Assembly (NCBI GenBank): GCA_900552235.1
Contig: URYZ01000002.1
Location: 1-55,842 of the forward strand
From: an uncultured Mycoplasmatota bacterium
GTDB taxonomy: Bacteria; Bacillota_I; Bacilli_A; RF39; UBA660
DNA length: 55,842 nt
Direction: 5' to 3'
Shown here: piece after piece, positions 25,283 to 33,934 of the stretch
Layout of the letters: every line of letters begins with the position of its first letter
Position numbering within the stretch: the stretch's first letter is position 1
Translations under genes and position numbers: made by a program
The notes under the pieces: model-generated
What the model saw: the letters and a program-made list of their open reading frames with translations, nothing else
Told to the model about the DNA's origin: nothing
Database searches by the model: none

Positions 25283-26842
25283 CTACCTTTTTAATACCTT
25301 TATATTTTTATCTAATTCTTCTTTTATTTTTATATTAACATCATACCCTATTCCTAGTAAAGAAGGCATAATAACATGTTTTAAATTTTCATCATATCTT
25401 AATAAACAATCTCCTACTTCTTGAAGACATGGAGCATTAAAAACTTCAAGTTTTTCATTCATAAGAAAAGATGCATCGCCTATTTTTTCTAATAAGGGTA
25501 AATTTAACACTTTTATTTCTTTATTATTTTGTAAAAAATCAAATCCTGCGACTTTTAAAGATGAAAAATTAACTTCTTCTAAAACCTCATTCCAAGTCAT
25601 AAATACATGTCCTGCTTTTACAAGTAATGGTAAACTTAAACTCTTTAAACTACAATTATTGTTTAAAAATCTATTTCCTATAACTTCAACAATAGGTAAA
25701 TTTATTTGTTTTATACATCTATTTTTACATATAAAATCATCACCTATTTTAGAAACATTAGGTAAGTTTACTTCTTTTAAATACTTATTTTGTTCTAAAA
25801 ATTTATCTTTAATTTCTATTAAATCATTACTATATAAACCTATTAAATTATTAAGTTTATTAAGTATCATAACTGTTTTATTATTATTTTCGTGAAGTAA
25901 ATTAATTACTTTAAAATCATTATGTTTTGTAACTTCAATCTTTTCTATTTTGGAAAAAGAGTTTGCAAAATTATCAAAAATTCTTATATCATAATTATTA
26001 ATTTCTTTATTTACTAAATCTAGTATAAAATAATCCATAACAATATATTTTTCACTTGCTAAATGTTTTACATTATAAGTATCAATTATTATATTATTAG
26101 GACAATAATAAATATTATTTATTTCATAATTATATTTATAATATTTTCCATCATTTGCTCTTACATAACCTGGAATTTCCAAATAATAAGAACTAACTTT
26201 TTGCTCTATTCCATAATATTTTTCAAAAGCATAAGTTAAACCTTCTTTAATATTATCTAAGTTATTAGAAAAAGTTGCATCAGGATTAACAACTCTATGA
26301 TTATATCGGTTTTTAATAGATAAAGTATTTGTTCCATCTTTTGTAAACTGAATACTTATAACAGAAGTTCCATATAAATCCTGTCTTTTAGGATCTTTAA
26401 AGTCTTCTCTTTTAATATCAAGAACATCTTTTTTAACAGCAAAGAAAACTCTACATGAATTAAGTCTATTGCTTCTAAAAGTACATAAACTTTCTCCTTT
26501 TTTGTAATATTTTTTATATTCTTGTATTTCTTCTTCTGTTAAACATTCTTTTAAAATATAACCTTTTTCATCAAGTAATTCTTCTGGGGTTTTATCTGTT
26601 TTAAATATATTCTTTTTAAAATTTGCTAAACTATATATAAAGTTTTTAAAATCTTCAAGTAAATTTTGCTCCTCTAAATCATCATATAAAGTGTGACTTG
26701 GATAAAAATTTGAAAGTAAAATACTTGACAGTCTTCCTTCTTCTTCAAGAATACTTGAAAAAAAACTTCGGCATAACTTCATCATATTTTCACCATATTT
26801 TTTCTTTATTATTTCTAAATCCTTATTTAACATATCATTCAC
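25283..26842 (-). CDS. leucine-rich-repeat protein (BspA-type LRRs) with an unknown ~330-aa N-terminal domain; no signal peptide
   Basis: The C-terminus has about 7 repeats of ~23 aa (LKEVNLPNVSKIGDDF..., IKQINLPIVEVIGNRF..., LKSLSLPLLVKAGHVF..., IKVLNLPLLEKIGDASF...). The N-terminal domain is unrecognised. Confidence 0.75.
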   Translation of the reverse strand: MNDMLNKDLEIIKKKYGENMMKLCRSFFSSILEEEGRLSSILLSNFYPSHTLYDDLEEQNLLEDFKNFIYSLANFKKNIFKTDKTPEELLDEKGYILKECLTEEEIQEYKKYYKKGESLCTFRSNRLNSCRVFFAVKKDVLDIKREDFKDPKRQDLYGTSVISIQFTKDGTNTLSIKNRYNHRVVNPDATFSNNLDNIKEGLTYAFEKYYGIEQKVSSYYLEIPGYVRANDGKYYKYNYEINNIYYCPNNIIIDTYNVKHLASEKYIVMDYFILDLVNKEINNYDIRIFDNFANSFSKIEKIEVTKHNDFKVINLLHENNNKTVMILNKLNNLIGLYSNDLIEIKDKFLEQNKYLKEVNLPNVSKIGDDFICKNRCIKQINLPIVEVIGNRFLNNNCSLKSLSLPLLVKAGHVFMTWNEVLEEVNFSSLKVAGFDFLQNNKEIKVLNLPLLEKIGDASFLMNEKLEVFNAPCLQEVGDCLLRYDENLKHVIMPSLLGIGYDVNIKIKEELDKNIKVLKR

Positions 26843-26921
26843 CCTTTTGTGCTCGATATTATAGCATATTTTGTATATTTTTTCAACTTGTTATACATAA
26901 TATTTATAAGGAGGACGTTTT

Positions 26922-27449
26922 ATGTATAAAAAAATTATTTTATCTTCTTTTATTATTTTTATTTTGAGTACTTTATTTCATTCATTATATAACTACTTAC
27001 CATGTTTTTTAACAAGCATTATTGTTCCTGTTAATGAATCTATCTTTGAACATATGAAAATGATTTTCACTTCTTATATGTTTTATTTACTTATAAAAAT
27101 ATTATTTAATAAAAAACATGAAAATAACTTAGTATCTTCTTTCGTTATTACAAGTTTATTTAATATTATTATCTTTTTAATTATTTATATTCCTATATAT
27201 TTATTAATTGGAGAAAAACTTGTTGTTACTTTAATACTTTATTTTATAACAATTCTTATATCTAATTATTTAATGTATAAAATACAGAACAAAAAAATTA
27301 ATAGCAAAATTAATAAATATTCGGTTTATATTATACCTTTAGTATATATAGTATTTACATTACTTACTTATTTTCCTTTAAAAAATATGCTGTTTTTAGA
27401 TCCTACGACTAATACTTATGGCATAATTAAAACTCATTATATAGAATAA
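26922..27449 (+). CDS. small polytopic membrane protein (PVNESxFEHxK motif; possibly DUF6512-like)
   Basis: This 175-aa protein has 5 predicted TM segments, and its SD is AAGGAGGA. The family assignment is from memory only. Confidence 0.55.
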   Translation: MYKKIILSSFIIFILSTLFHSLYNYLPCFLTSIIVPVNESIFEHMKMIFTSYMFYLLIKILFNKKHENNLVSSFVITSLFNIIIFLIIYIPIYLLIGEKLVVTLILYFITILISNYLMYKIQNKKINSKINKYSVYIIPLVYIVFTLLTYFPLKNMLFLDPTTNTYGIIKTHYIE

Positions 27450-27505
27450 CTATAGTAATATTAAAAAACATAAAAAAATACTTTAAATTTTATTTTTAAA
27501 GCATT

Positions 27506-28495
27506 TTATATTAAGGATTTTCTTGTATACACATCAATATCTTTATCAATATAGATATTAACCTCACATGGATCTATTACTTTTATAAAGCCTAGACCAT
27601 TTATACATATATCTTCCCTTATACCTACCTTTATTTTCTTTATGTGTTTATCTTTTAATTCAAGATTTTTCTTTGAACTAATTTTTTTAATATCAATATC
27701 ATTAGAAATAAATAAAGTAAAACTATTTTTAAAATCATTTAAATAATCAAGTCTAAATAAAGTATCAACAATTAAAGATTCTTTATGTTTTAACTGATAT
27801 GTTCTTGTTTTTATTTCTTGTTTTGGAATAAGTTTTTTTACCATTTCTTCTTTAACATAATTAAGAACATTACCATTATCTACAAGACCAGGTGTATCTA
27901 CTAAGGTAAATTTATTTAAATTTATTTCTATTTCATTAAGTGTAGTTGATGGCATTGGCGATATTGTAATACTTGGTTCTTTATCAATTGAGTAATTTTT
28001 AATAAGTTTATTTATTAAAGTTGATTTACCTGCATTAGTATTCCCTACAACATATACAAGTGGTTTATTAATTTTAGAATATAATAAATCTAAATTATAG
28101 TTTTTATTAGCACTTATTACAATGATATCTTTAAAAATATTATAATTTTTGAAATAACTAATTAATTTTTCATCCTTTATTTTATATGGTAAAACATCTT
28201 TTTTGTTTAAAATTAATATTACTTCATTATCTCCCACATATTCTTTAATTTTAGTTATATCTTTAGGAATAACAAGTAAGTCTACAATATATAAAACTAA
28301 ACATGATTTATTTTTGATATTATTTAATATTTTTACATATTCTAAATTATCTTTTGTAACAAACTCATACTCACCATAATTCTTCATACGAAAACATCTT
28401 TTACATAAATCATTTGTTAAAACCGTTGTATATCCTTCGATTAAAGGATTATTATCTTGAAGAATTGCACCACATCCAACACATTTTTTAATCAT
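27506..28495 (-). CDS. yqeH: ribosome-biogenesis GTPase YqeH
   Basis: It has an N-terminal zinc ribbon CVGCG...CKRCF and a circularly permuted GTPase (NKKD ... GNTNAGKSTLIN ... DTPG). It follows yqeG, as in Bacillus. Confidence 0.85.
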   Translation of the reverse strand: MIKKCVGCGAILQDNNPLIEGYTTVLTNDLCKRCFRMKNYGEYEFVTKDNLEYVKILNNIKNKSCLVLYIVDLLVIPKDITKIKEYVGDNEVILILNKKDVLPYKIKDEKLISYFKNYNIFKDIIVISANKNYNLDLLYSKINKPLVYVVGNTNAGKSTLINKLIKNYSIDKEPSITISPMPSTTLNEIEINLNKFTLVDTPGLVDNGNVLNYVKEEMVKKLIPKQEIKTRTYQLKHKESLIVDTLFRLDYLNDFKNSFTLFISNDIDIKKISSKKNLELKDKHIKKIKVGIREDICINGLGFIKVIDPCEVNIYIDKDIDVYTRKSLI

Positions 28496-29009
28496 AATAT
28501 TTACCTCTTTCAAAGTTATATTTTTTATATAAACTTTTTATTATTCTTTTTTCTATTTTTCTTTTGAATTTTGTATAATTTCCTTCAACATCACTAATTT
28601 TATCTATTAAACAAGAAGTAAGTCCTAATTTATTAGAACCATATATATCTGTTAAAAATTGATCTCCAATCATACACATTTTATTATATGAAACATTATA
28701 TTTTCTTTTTATTTTGTAAAATCCTAAAAAAAATGGCTTACACGCAAATTTTATATACTCTATATTTAAAGTATTACATATATTTTTAATCTTATTAGAA
28801 TTAGTTGTATTAGATAAAACAACAATTTGAAAAGATTTTTTTAATTCTTTAAATAAATCAATTATTTCTTTATCAAGTATGTTTGTTTCATATGAAATAA
28901 TAGTATTATCTAAATCATATATTAAAAGCTTTATTCCCTTTTCTTTTAATTTTTTATAATCTATACTTAATATATTTTTTTGATAAATATTTGGATAAAA
29001 TAAACTCAT
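28488..29009 (-). CDS. yqeG: YqeG-family HAD-IIIA phosphatase
   Basis: The ATG at 29009 follows a GAAAGGAA SD. It has the LIYDLDNTI and GDQFLTDI HAD motifs. Confidence 0.8.
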   Translation of the reverse strand: MSLFYPNIYQKNILSIDYKKLKEKGIKLLIYDLDNTIISYETNILDKEIIDLFKELKKSFQIVVLSNTTNSNKIKNICNTLNIEYIKFACKPFFLGFYKIKRKYNVSYNKMCMIGDQFLTDIYGSNKLGLTSCLIDKISDVEGNYTKFKRKIEKRIIKSLYKKYNFERGKYYD

Positions 29010-29086
29010 AATTAAGTTCCTTTCTAATTTAGTACATAATAAAAATATCATAAATTACTTAAAAAGTAAATGTTTATGATATTTTA

Positions 29087-30535
29087 TCAGTTAAAACAAG
29101 TACAAGGAGCTATAGGTTCAGATGTATAATAGTTATATGATTTTGTTACTATATTATTTTTTTTGTCCTTTAAAAATATATTAAAATTATAACTTGTATT
29201 ACGTTTTAAATCAATTCCAAGACAACACCAATAATTATGTATTACATTAGATGATATTGTAACATCATTCCAAGTACAATTATCTTGATTATTATCATTA
29301 TTTAAAACACAATATTTATCAAGTAAATATGATCCTGGGGTAACTGAAATATTAAAATTATTTTCAAAAATTTCATATCCATCAATTGTAGGTAATACAA
29401 CTTTACCATCAAGTGCAAAAACATATGGGTTGGTACTTGTTCCATCACCATCCATTATTTGAACATTAGGTTTTAAATATAAAGTTGGCCTTACTGCAAA
29501 TTTATCAGTTGTGTGCGCATCGTGAATAAGACCTACATCATATTTTTGAAACAAAACAAACTACGAACTCCCCCATTGATTTAATAGCCATTCTTGATCC
29601 TGAAAATCATATAACCAGTTTGTTGAATTGCATACACTTATTATATCTGTATCATTGTTTACACCATATAGTTTTCTATTTTCACAATTTAAACCTGCAT
29701 AGCCATAATCACTAACATACATTAAAGCTAAATCTCCTGTCCAACTATTTGGATTTGTTGAATAATAATATGTACCACTTCCACTTATTTTTCGTTCATA
29801 TGAATACATATTTGAAACTGTTATTCCAGCACTAGTATACCCACCTAAATAATATTTTGATGAGCCAATCATTTGTTGCGCTACACTTGATATATTATTA
29901 TAATATGTACCATTTAAATACGTATTTAATGTTGATGGACGAGCCCAATTATTTGAACCCTCAAGTATAGCGGCAGTCATAGTAATTTCATAATTATTAC
30001 TTTTATTTAAATATTCTACTTTTAACTTGTTTTTAGCATTTAATAACAAATTATCATATATATTATAGTTATAAGCTGATGATATATCATCCCATGCATA
30101 TGTTCCTATACTTTCATTTCTTATTAATTTTATTCTATTTTCTATTTTTCCTGTTCCATCATCAGTTGGGAATACTCCTATTATTCTCCATGTTTCATTA
30201 TTAAATGTTACATAATTTTTTGGACTTGCTCCACGATATCTATATTCTGTTATATCTTTATCATTTCCTATTTGAAGTGTTGTATCTTTTGAATGTGTTA
30301 TGGTATATAGACCACTATTATCTTTATTACCAGTTTGTTTAATAATTTTATCAACACCATAGCTTTCTTCATCACCTTTTAATAAATTATTTAATTCTTC
30401 TCTTAAATCTAATATATATTGTTTATCATTTGTATATTCACTTCTTAATATTCCAAGTACTAAAAACATACAAAGTGATAAAAGAAGAATTATTGAATAA
30501 ATAACTGTTGTTATTGCCATTCCTTTATTATTCAT
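29087..30535 (-). pseudogene. secreted paralog-family gene, copy 2, interrupted by one in-frame TAG (29563-29561); has a Cys-rich C-terminal extension
   Basis: The 327-aa and 155-aa track ORFs are in the same frame (...EWLLNQWGSS*FVLFQKYDVG...VRPTLYLK...DGDGTSTNPY). The aligned position in copy 3 is Tyr (NSSYEG). The N-terminus MNNKG-MAITTVIYSIILL is prepilin-like. Confidence 0.7.
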
Positions 30536-30596
30536 ATTACACACACCTTTATCTTATAAATTTATTATACAATAAAAATATAAAAAAAAATAGATA

Positions 30597-30818
30597 TTAT
30601 TGTAATATATCTATAAATTTTGACAACATATTAATACTATTAGCCATTTTATTTATTTTATCTTCTGAAGTTAATTTATATTCTTTTTTCATTTCTTCTT
30701 CAAATTGTTTAAAATAATTTTTATTTCTATTTAAAAACTTATACCAATATGACTTTTCTCTTAAATATTTTATATCATTTGGATTAGACCTTAGTCTATA
30801 TTGAATTTCTACATTCAT
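30597..30818 (-). CDS. YlbE-like small protein
   Basis: This 73-aa protein has an IKYLREKSYWYKFLNRN motif resembling the YlbE family. It is coupled by a TAATG overlap to the upstream ylbD-like gene, the same adjacency as in B. subtilis. Confidence 0.5.
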   Translation of the reverse strand: MNVEIQYRLRSNPNDIKYLREKSYWYKFLNRNKNYFKQFEEEMKKEYKLTSEDKINKMANSINMLSKFIDILQ

Positions 30819-31171
30819 TAATCATCAAAATTCTTAAAAATAGGTCTAGGTTCATAAGAAGATTTTTTAGTATCACTTTCTTTTGTTTCACGATTATTAA
30901 TAAAATCTTGAACGTATCCTATTCCTTTTTGTAAAGAAGAAATTCCTTTTTGTACTTCATTCATATCTAATGATTTAAAAACATTAAACATATCTTTAAA
31001 AGAAAATACACCATTTGTTGTTATACCTAAATACTTATTCCATATATCATGAAAAGGCCCATATAAATCATAAAGTTCATAAAACTTTTGCCAAGTCATA
31101 TCACCATTTCTTACAAAATTAACAAGTTTAGGATTTTCTTTTACAAATTTTTTAAAATTATCCAAAGACAT
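30818..31171 (-). CDS. YlbD-like protein (putative spore-coat-associated family)
   Basis: The ATG at 31171 follows an AGGTGA SD. FKKFVKENPKLVNFVRNGDMTWQKFYELYDLYG...IWNKY parallels B. subtilis YlbD (FKEFVKKHPKLIAEVRKEQRTWQDVYENWVLFGE..IWDPY). Confidence 0.6.
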   Translation of the reverse strand: MSLDNFKKFVKENPKLVNFVRNGDMTWQKFYELYDLYGPFHDIWNKYLGITTNGVFSFKDMFNVFKSLDMNEVQKGISSLQKGIGYVQDFINNRETKESDTKKSSYEPRPIFKNFDD

Positions 31172-31179
31172 AAAAATCA

Positions 31180-31206
31180 CCTACTAAAATATATGCTTTT
31201 AGTAGG
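31180..31206 (-). terminator. hairpin after parC (CCTACTAAAA / TTTTAGTAGG) whose 3' arm overlaps the ylbD-like SD
   Basis: It has a perfect 10-bp stem and a 7-nt loop, and on the minus strand it is followed by TGATTTTT. Confidence 0.5.
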
Positions 31207-31221
31207 TAAATGTTACTTATT

Positions 31222-33762
31222 TTATAAATTTAACATGTCATCGACTTTTTTTAGTTCATCATCTATTTCTAATAATGATATTTGCGTTGGTTCTTTTATA
31301 ACAGTTCTTTCTACTTCTTCTTTATCTTCTTCGATTTTTTCTTTAGTAGTTAAATTTTGCATTTCAAATACATCAAGGTATTTTTCTTTAGATATAGTTG
31401 TACCAGTTTTATATCTATCAAGAATAGGTAAATCTGTATTTTTTATTTTTTCTATTCTATCATTAAATCTTAGTCCAAATATTGCTTTAGTATTTGTTAC
31501 AAAGACATTTTTAATATTATATGGATTAGTTTTAACTTCACGGAGGATAAGTAATCCTCTTCTTGCACGAGTTGATTTTTCAAAATCTTCTAATTTAACC
31601 CTTTTAGCAGTTTTATTATCTGTAAAGATTGTTACATATTCTAAAGTTTTATCAAATATATTCATTGAAACAACTTCATCATTTTTAAGTGTCATTGATT
31701 TTACACCACTTGATTTTATACCAGATGATGGAATTTCACTTTCATCAAACCATAAACTAAAACAAGATGATGTTGATATCATTATATCATTAAAATTATT
31801 AAGTTTAGCATCAATTACTTCATCATTATCTTTTAATTTCATACATGAAATTGCTTTAGAATATCTACTAACTTTAAATTCTTTTAATGGTGTTTTTTTA
31901 ATCATTCCAAGTTTACTTGCTATAACAACCTCTTTATTTATATTAAAATCTGTTACCGGAATAATACTTACTATTTTTTCGTTTTCTTCTAGTTTTATAA
32001 TATTACTAATATGTTTACCTAATACTTTCCATTTAATATCAGGTATTTCATGTACTGGTAAATATAAATAATTACCTAAATTAGTAAAGATAAGTACTGT
32101 ATCAATTGTATTAAGTTCATATAATCCTAAAACATAATCATTTTCTTTTAATAAAGGTTCATCATTACTTGAATTATAACTTCTTTTAGAGGTCCTTTTA
32201 ACATAACCATCTTTAGTAATTAAAACAACAACATCTTCTTTTGTAATCATATCTTCTTCATTTATTTTTATTTCTTCAAGATGATCTTCAATTACTGTTT
32301 TTCTAGGAACATCATATTCATCTTTAATAGCCTTTAATTCTTTCTTCATTATATATTTTAAAGCTTCTTCTTCTTTTAATATTTTATTATATGTTTCTAT
32401 TTTTAAATTTAAATCTTTTAATTCATCTTCAAGTAAAGTAATATCAGTATTAGTTAAACGATATAATTGTAAAGTTACAATAGCTTCAGCTTGTTCTATT
32501 GTAAAATCAAACTCTTTAACTAAGTTTTCTTTAGCATCACTCTTATTTTTACTTGCTCTAATTACACGGATAACTTCATCAAGTATACTTATTGCTTTAA
32601 TTAAGCCTTCCACAATATGAAAACGAAGTTTAGCATGGTCTAAATCAAACTTAGTACGATTAGTAAGTACTTCTTTTAAATGAAGTATATAAGCATCAAT
32701 TATATCAATTAATGATAAAAGCTTAGGACATCTATTAACTATAGCTATCATATTATAGTTGTATGATGTTTGAAGTTCAGTATTTTTATATAAATAATTT
32801 AAAATAAGATCTTTATTAGCTTCTTTTTTAATATCTATTACTATTCTTAGACCTTCTTTATCTGATTCATCCCTTACTTCAAGAAGTCCATCTAATTTTT
32901 TATCTATTCTAATTTCATCAATTTTTTTAACAATATTTACTTTTAATACTTCATAAGGTATTTCTGTTACTACTAAAGATATTTTACCTTTACTTTCTTC
33001 TTCATGTATTTTAGAACGTACAACAACTTTTCCACGACCTGTTGTAAAAGCATTAATTATCCCTTGCTTATCAAGACATATTCCTCCCGTTGGAAAATCA
33101 GGCCCTTTTACTATATCTAAAATTGTTTCTACTCTACAATTAGGACTATCAATTCTTTTTATGCAGGCATCAATTATTTCTCCTAAATTATGTGGAGGAA
33201 TATTTGTAGCATAACCTGCACTTATTCCTGTTGTTCCATTTACAAGTAAATTAGGAAATTTAGCAGGAAGAACAGTTGGTTCCATAACTGTATCATCAAA
33301 GTTTGGAGCAAATTTAACTGTATTTTTTTCAATATCTTTTAAAAGTTCACTTGATATTTTAGATAATCTTGCTTCAGTATAACGGTATGCTGCAGGACTA
33401 TCACCATCAATTGAACCATTGTTACCATGCATATCAATCATTGGATTTTTAATTTTCCAATCTTGAGATAGTCTTACCATTGCATCATATATACTTGTAT
33501 CACCATGTGGATGGAAACTACCTATAACATCTCCAACTGTTTTAGCACTTTTACGATAAGGTTTATCATAAGTATTATGACCTATATACATTGCATAAAG
33601 TATTCTTCTTTGAACAGGTTTTAATCCATCTCTTACATCAGGTATAGCACGATCTTGAATAATATACTTACTATACCTTCCAAATCTTTCTCCCATTATC
33701 TCTTCTAAAGAATAATTATATATTTTTTCTAAAATCTGTTCTGTTGTATTATTTTTCTTCAT
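31222..33762 (-). CDS. parC: DNA topoisomerase IV subunit A
   Basis: The N-terminus EEIMGERFGRYSKYIIQDRAIPDVRDGLKPVQRRILYAM is ParC-type, and the AAYRYTE active-site Tyr region is present. I found no GyrA-box (QRRGGKG) in the C-terminal domain. No parE gene is adjacent. Confidence 0.8.
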   Translation of the reverse strand: MKKNNTTEQILEKIYNYSLEEIMGERFGRYSKYIIQDRAIPDVRDGLKPVQRRILYAMYIGHNTYDKPYRKSAKTVGDVIGSFHPHGDTSIYDAMVRLSQDWKIKNPMIDMHGNNGSIDGDSPAAYRYTEARLSKISSELLKDIEKNTVKFAPNFDDTVMEPTVLPAKFPNLLVNGTTGISAGYATNIPPHNLGEIIDACIKRIDSPNCRVETILDIVKGPDFPTGGICLDKQGIINAFTTGRGKVVVRSKIHEEESKGKISLVVTEIPYEVLKVNIVKKIDEIRIDKKLDGLLEVRDESDKEGLRIVIDIKKEANKDLILNYLYKNTELQTSYNYNMIAIVNRCPKLLSLIDIIDAYILHLKEVLTNRTKFDLDHAKLRFHIVEGLIKAISILDEVIRVIRASKNKSDAKENLVKEFDFTIEQAEAIVTLQLYRLTNTDITLLEDELKDLNLKIETYNKILKEEEALKYIMKKELKAIKDEYDVPRKTVIEDHLEEIKINEEDMITKEDVVVLITKDGYVKRTSKRSYNSSNDEPLLKENDYVLGLYELNTIDTVLIFTNLGNYLYLPVHEIPDIKWKVLGKHISNIIKLEENEKIVSIIPVTDFNINKEVVIASKLGMIKKTPLKEFKVSRYSKAISCMKLKDNDEVIDAKLNNFNDIMISTSSCFSLWFDESEIPSSGIKSSGVKSMTLKNDEVVSMNIFDKTLEYVTIFTDNKTAKRVKLEDFEKSTRARRGLLILREVKTNPYNIKNVFVTNTKAIFGLRFNDRIEKIKNTDLPILDRYKTGTTISKEKYLDVFEMQNLTTKEKIEEDKEEVERTVIKEPTQISLLEIDDELKKVDDMLNL

Positions 33763-33850
33763 ATCATTACCATCCTTCTTAAGTATCTATATTTATTATA
33801 AACTAAATTTATTTTTTTTCAAAGAGAACATGTCAAATTTTTGTAAAATT

Positions 33851-33879
33851 AAAAGATGAACATTAAAATTCATCTTTTA
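33851..33879 (-). terminator. hairpin terminator after pheT
   Basis: The stem is AAAAGATGAA / TTCATCTTTT with an 8-nt loop. The downstream T-run is weak. Confidence 0.45.
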
Positions 33880-33934
33880 ATTCAAAGTATTGAACTCTGT
33901 CAACACTCTGAAAATAAAGGCTATTAAATAACCT

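Noticed and set aside
29561-29563. The in-frame TAG as a recoded (pyrrolysine or read-through) codon.
   Set aside because: TAG is used as a normal stop in this window (hemW at 16462, the beta-helix gene at 1614, the LRR gene at 25283). No pyl genes or PYLIS-like context are visible. A TAY>TAG nonsense mutation is the simpler explanation.
30545-30596. The A9/T9 run (30582-30590) upstream of paralog copy 2 as another phase-variable tract.
   Set aside because: A/T runs of 8-9 are common throughout this ~75% A+T window. No convincing -35 hexamer accompanies the TATAAT here. Only the G7 tracts stand out against the background.
31088-32071. A 327-aa ORF on the plus strand.
   Set aside because: It lies entirely antisense to the well-supported parC gene. 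Its composition is low-complexity Ser/Leu/Ile/Phe, which is typical of the reverse frame of AT-rich coding DNA. It has no SD.
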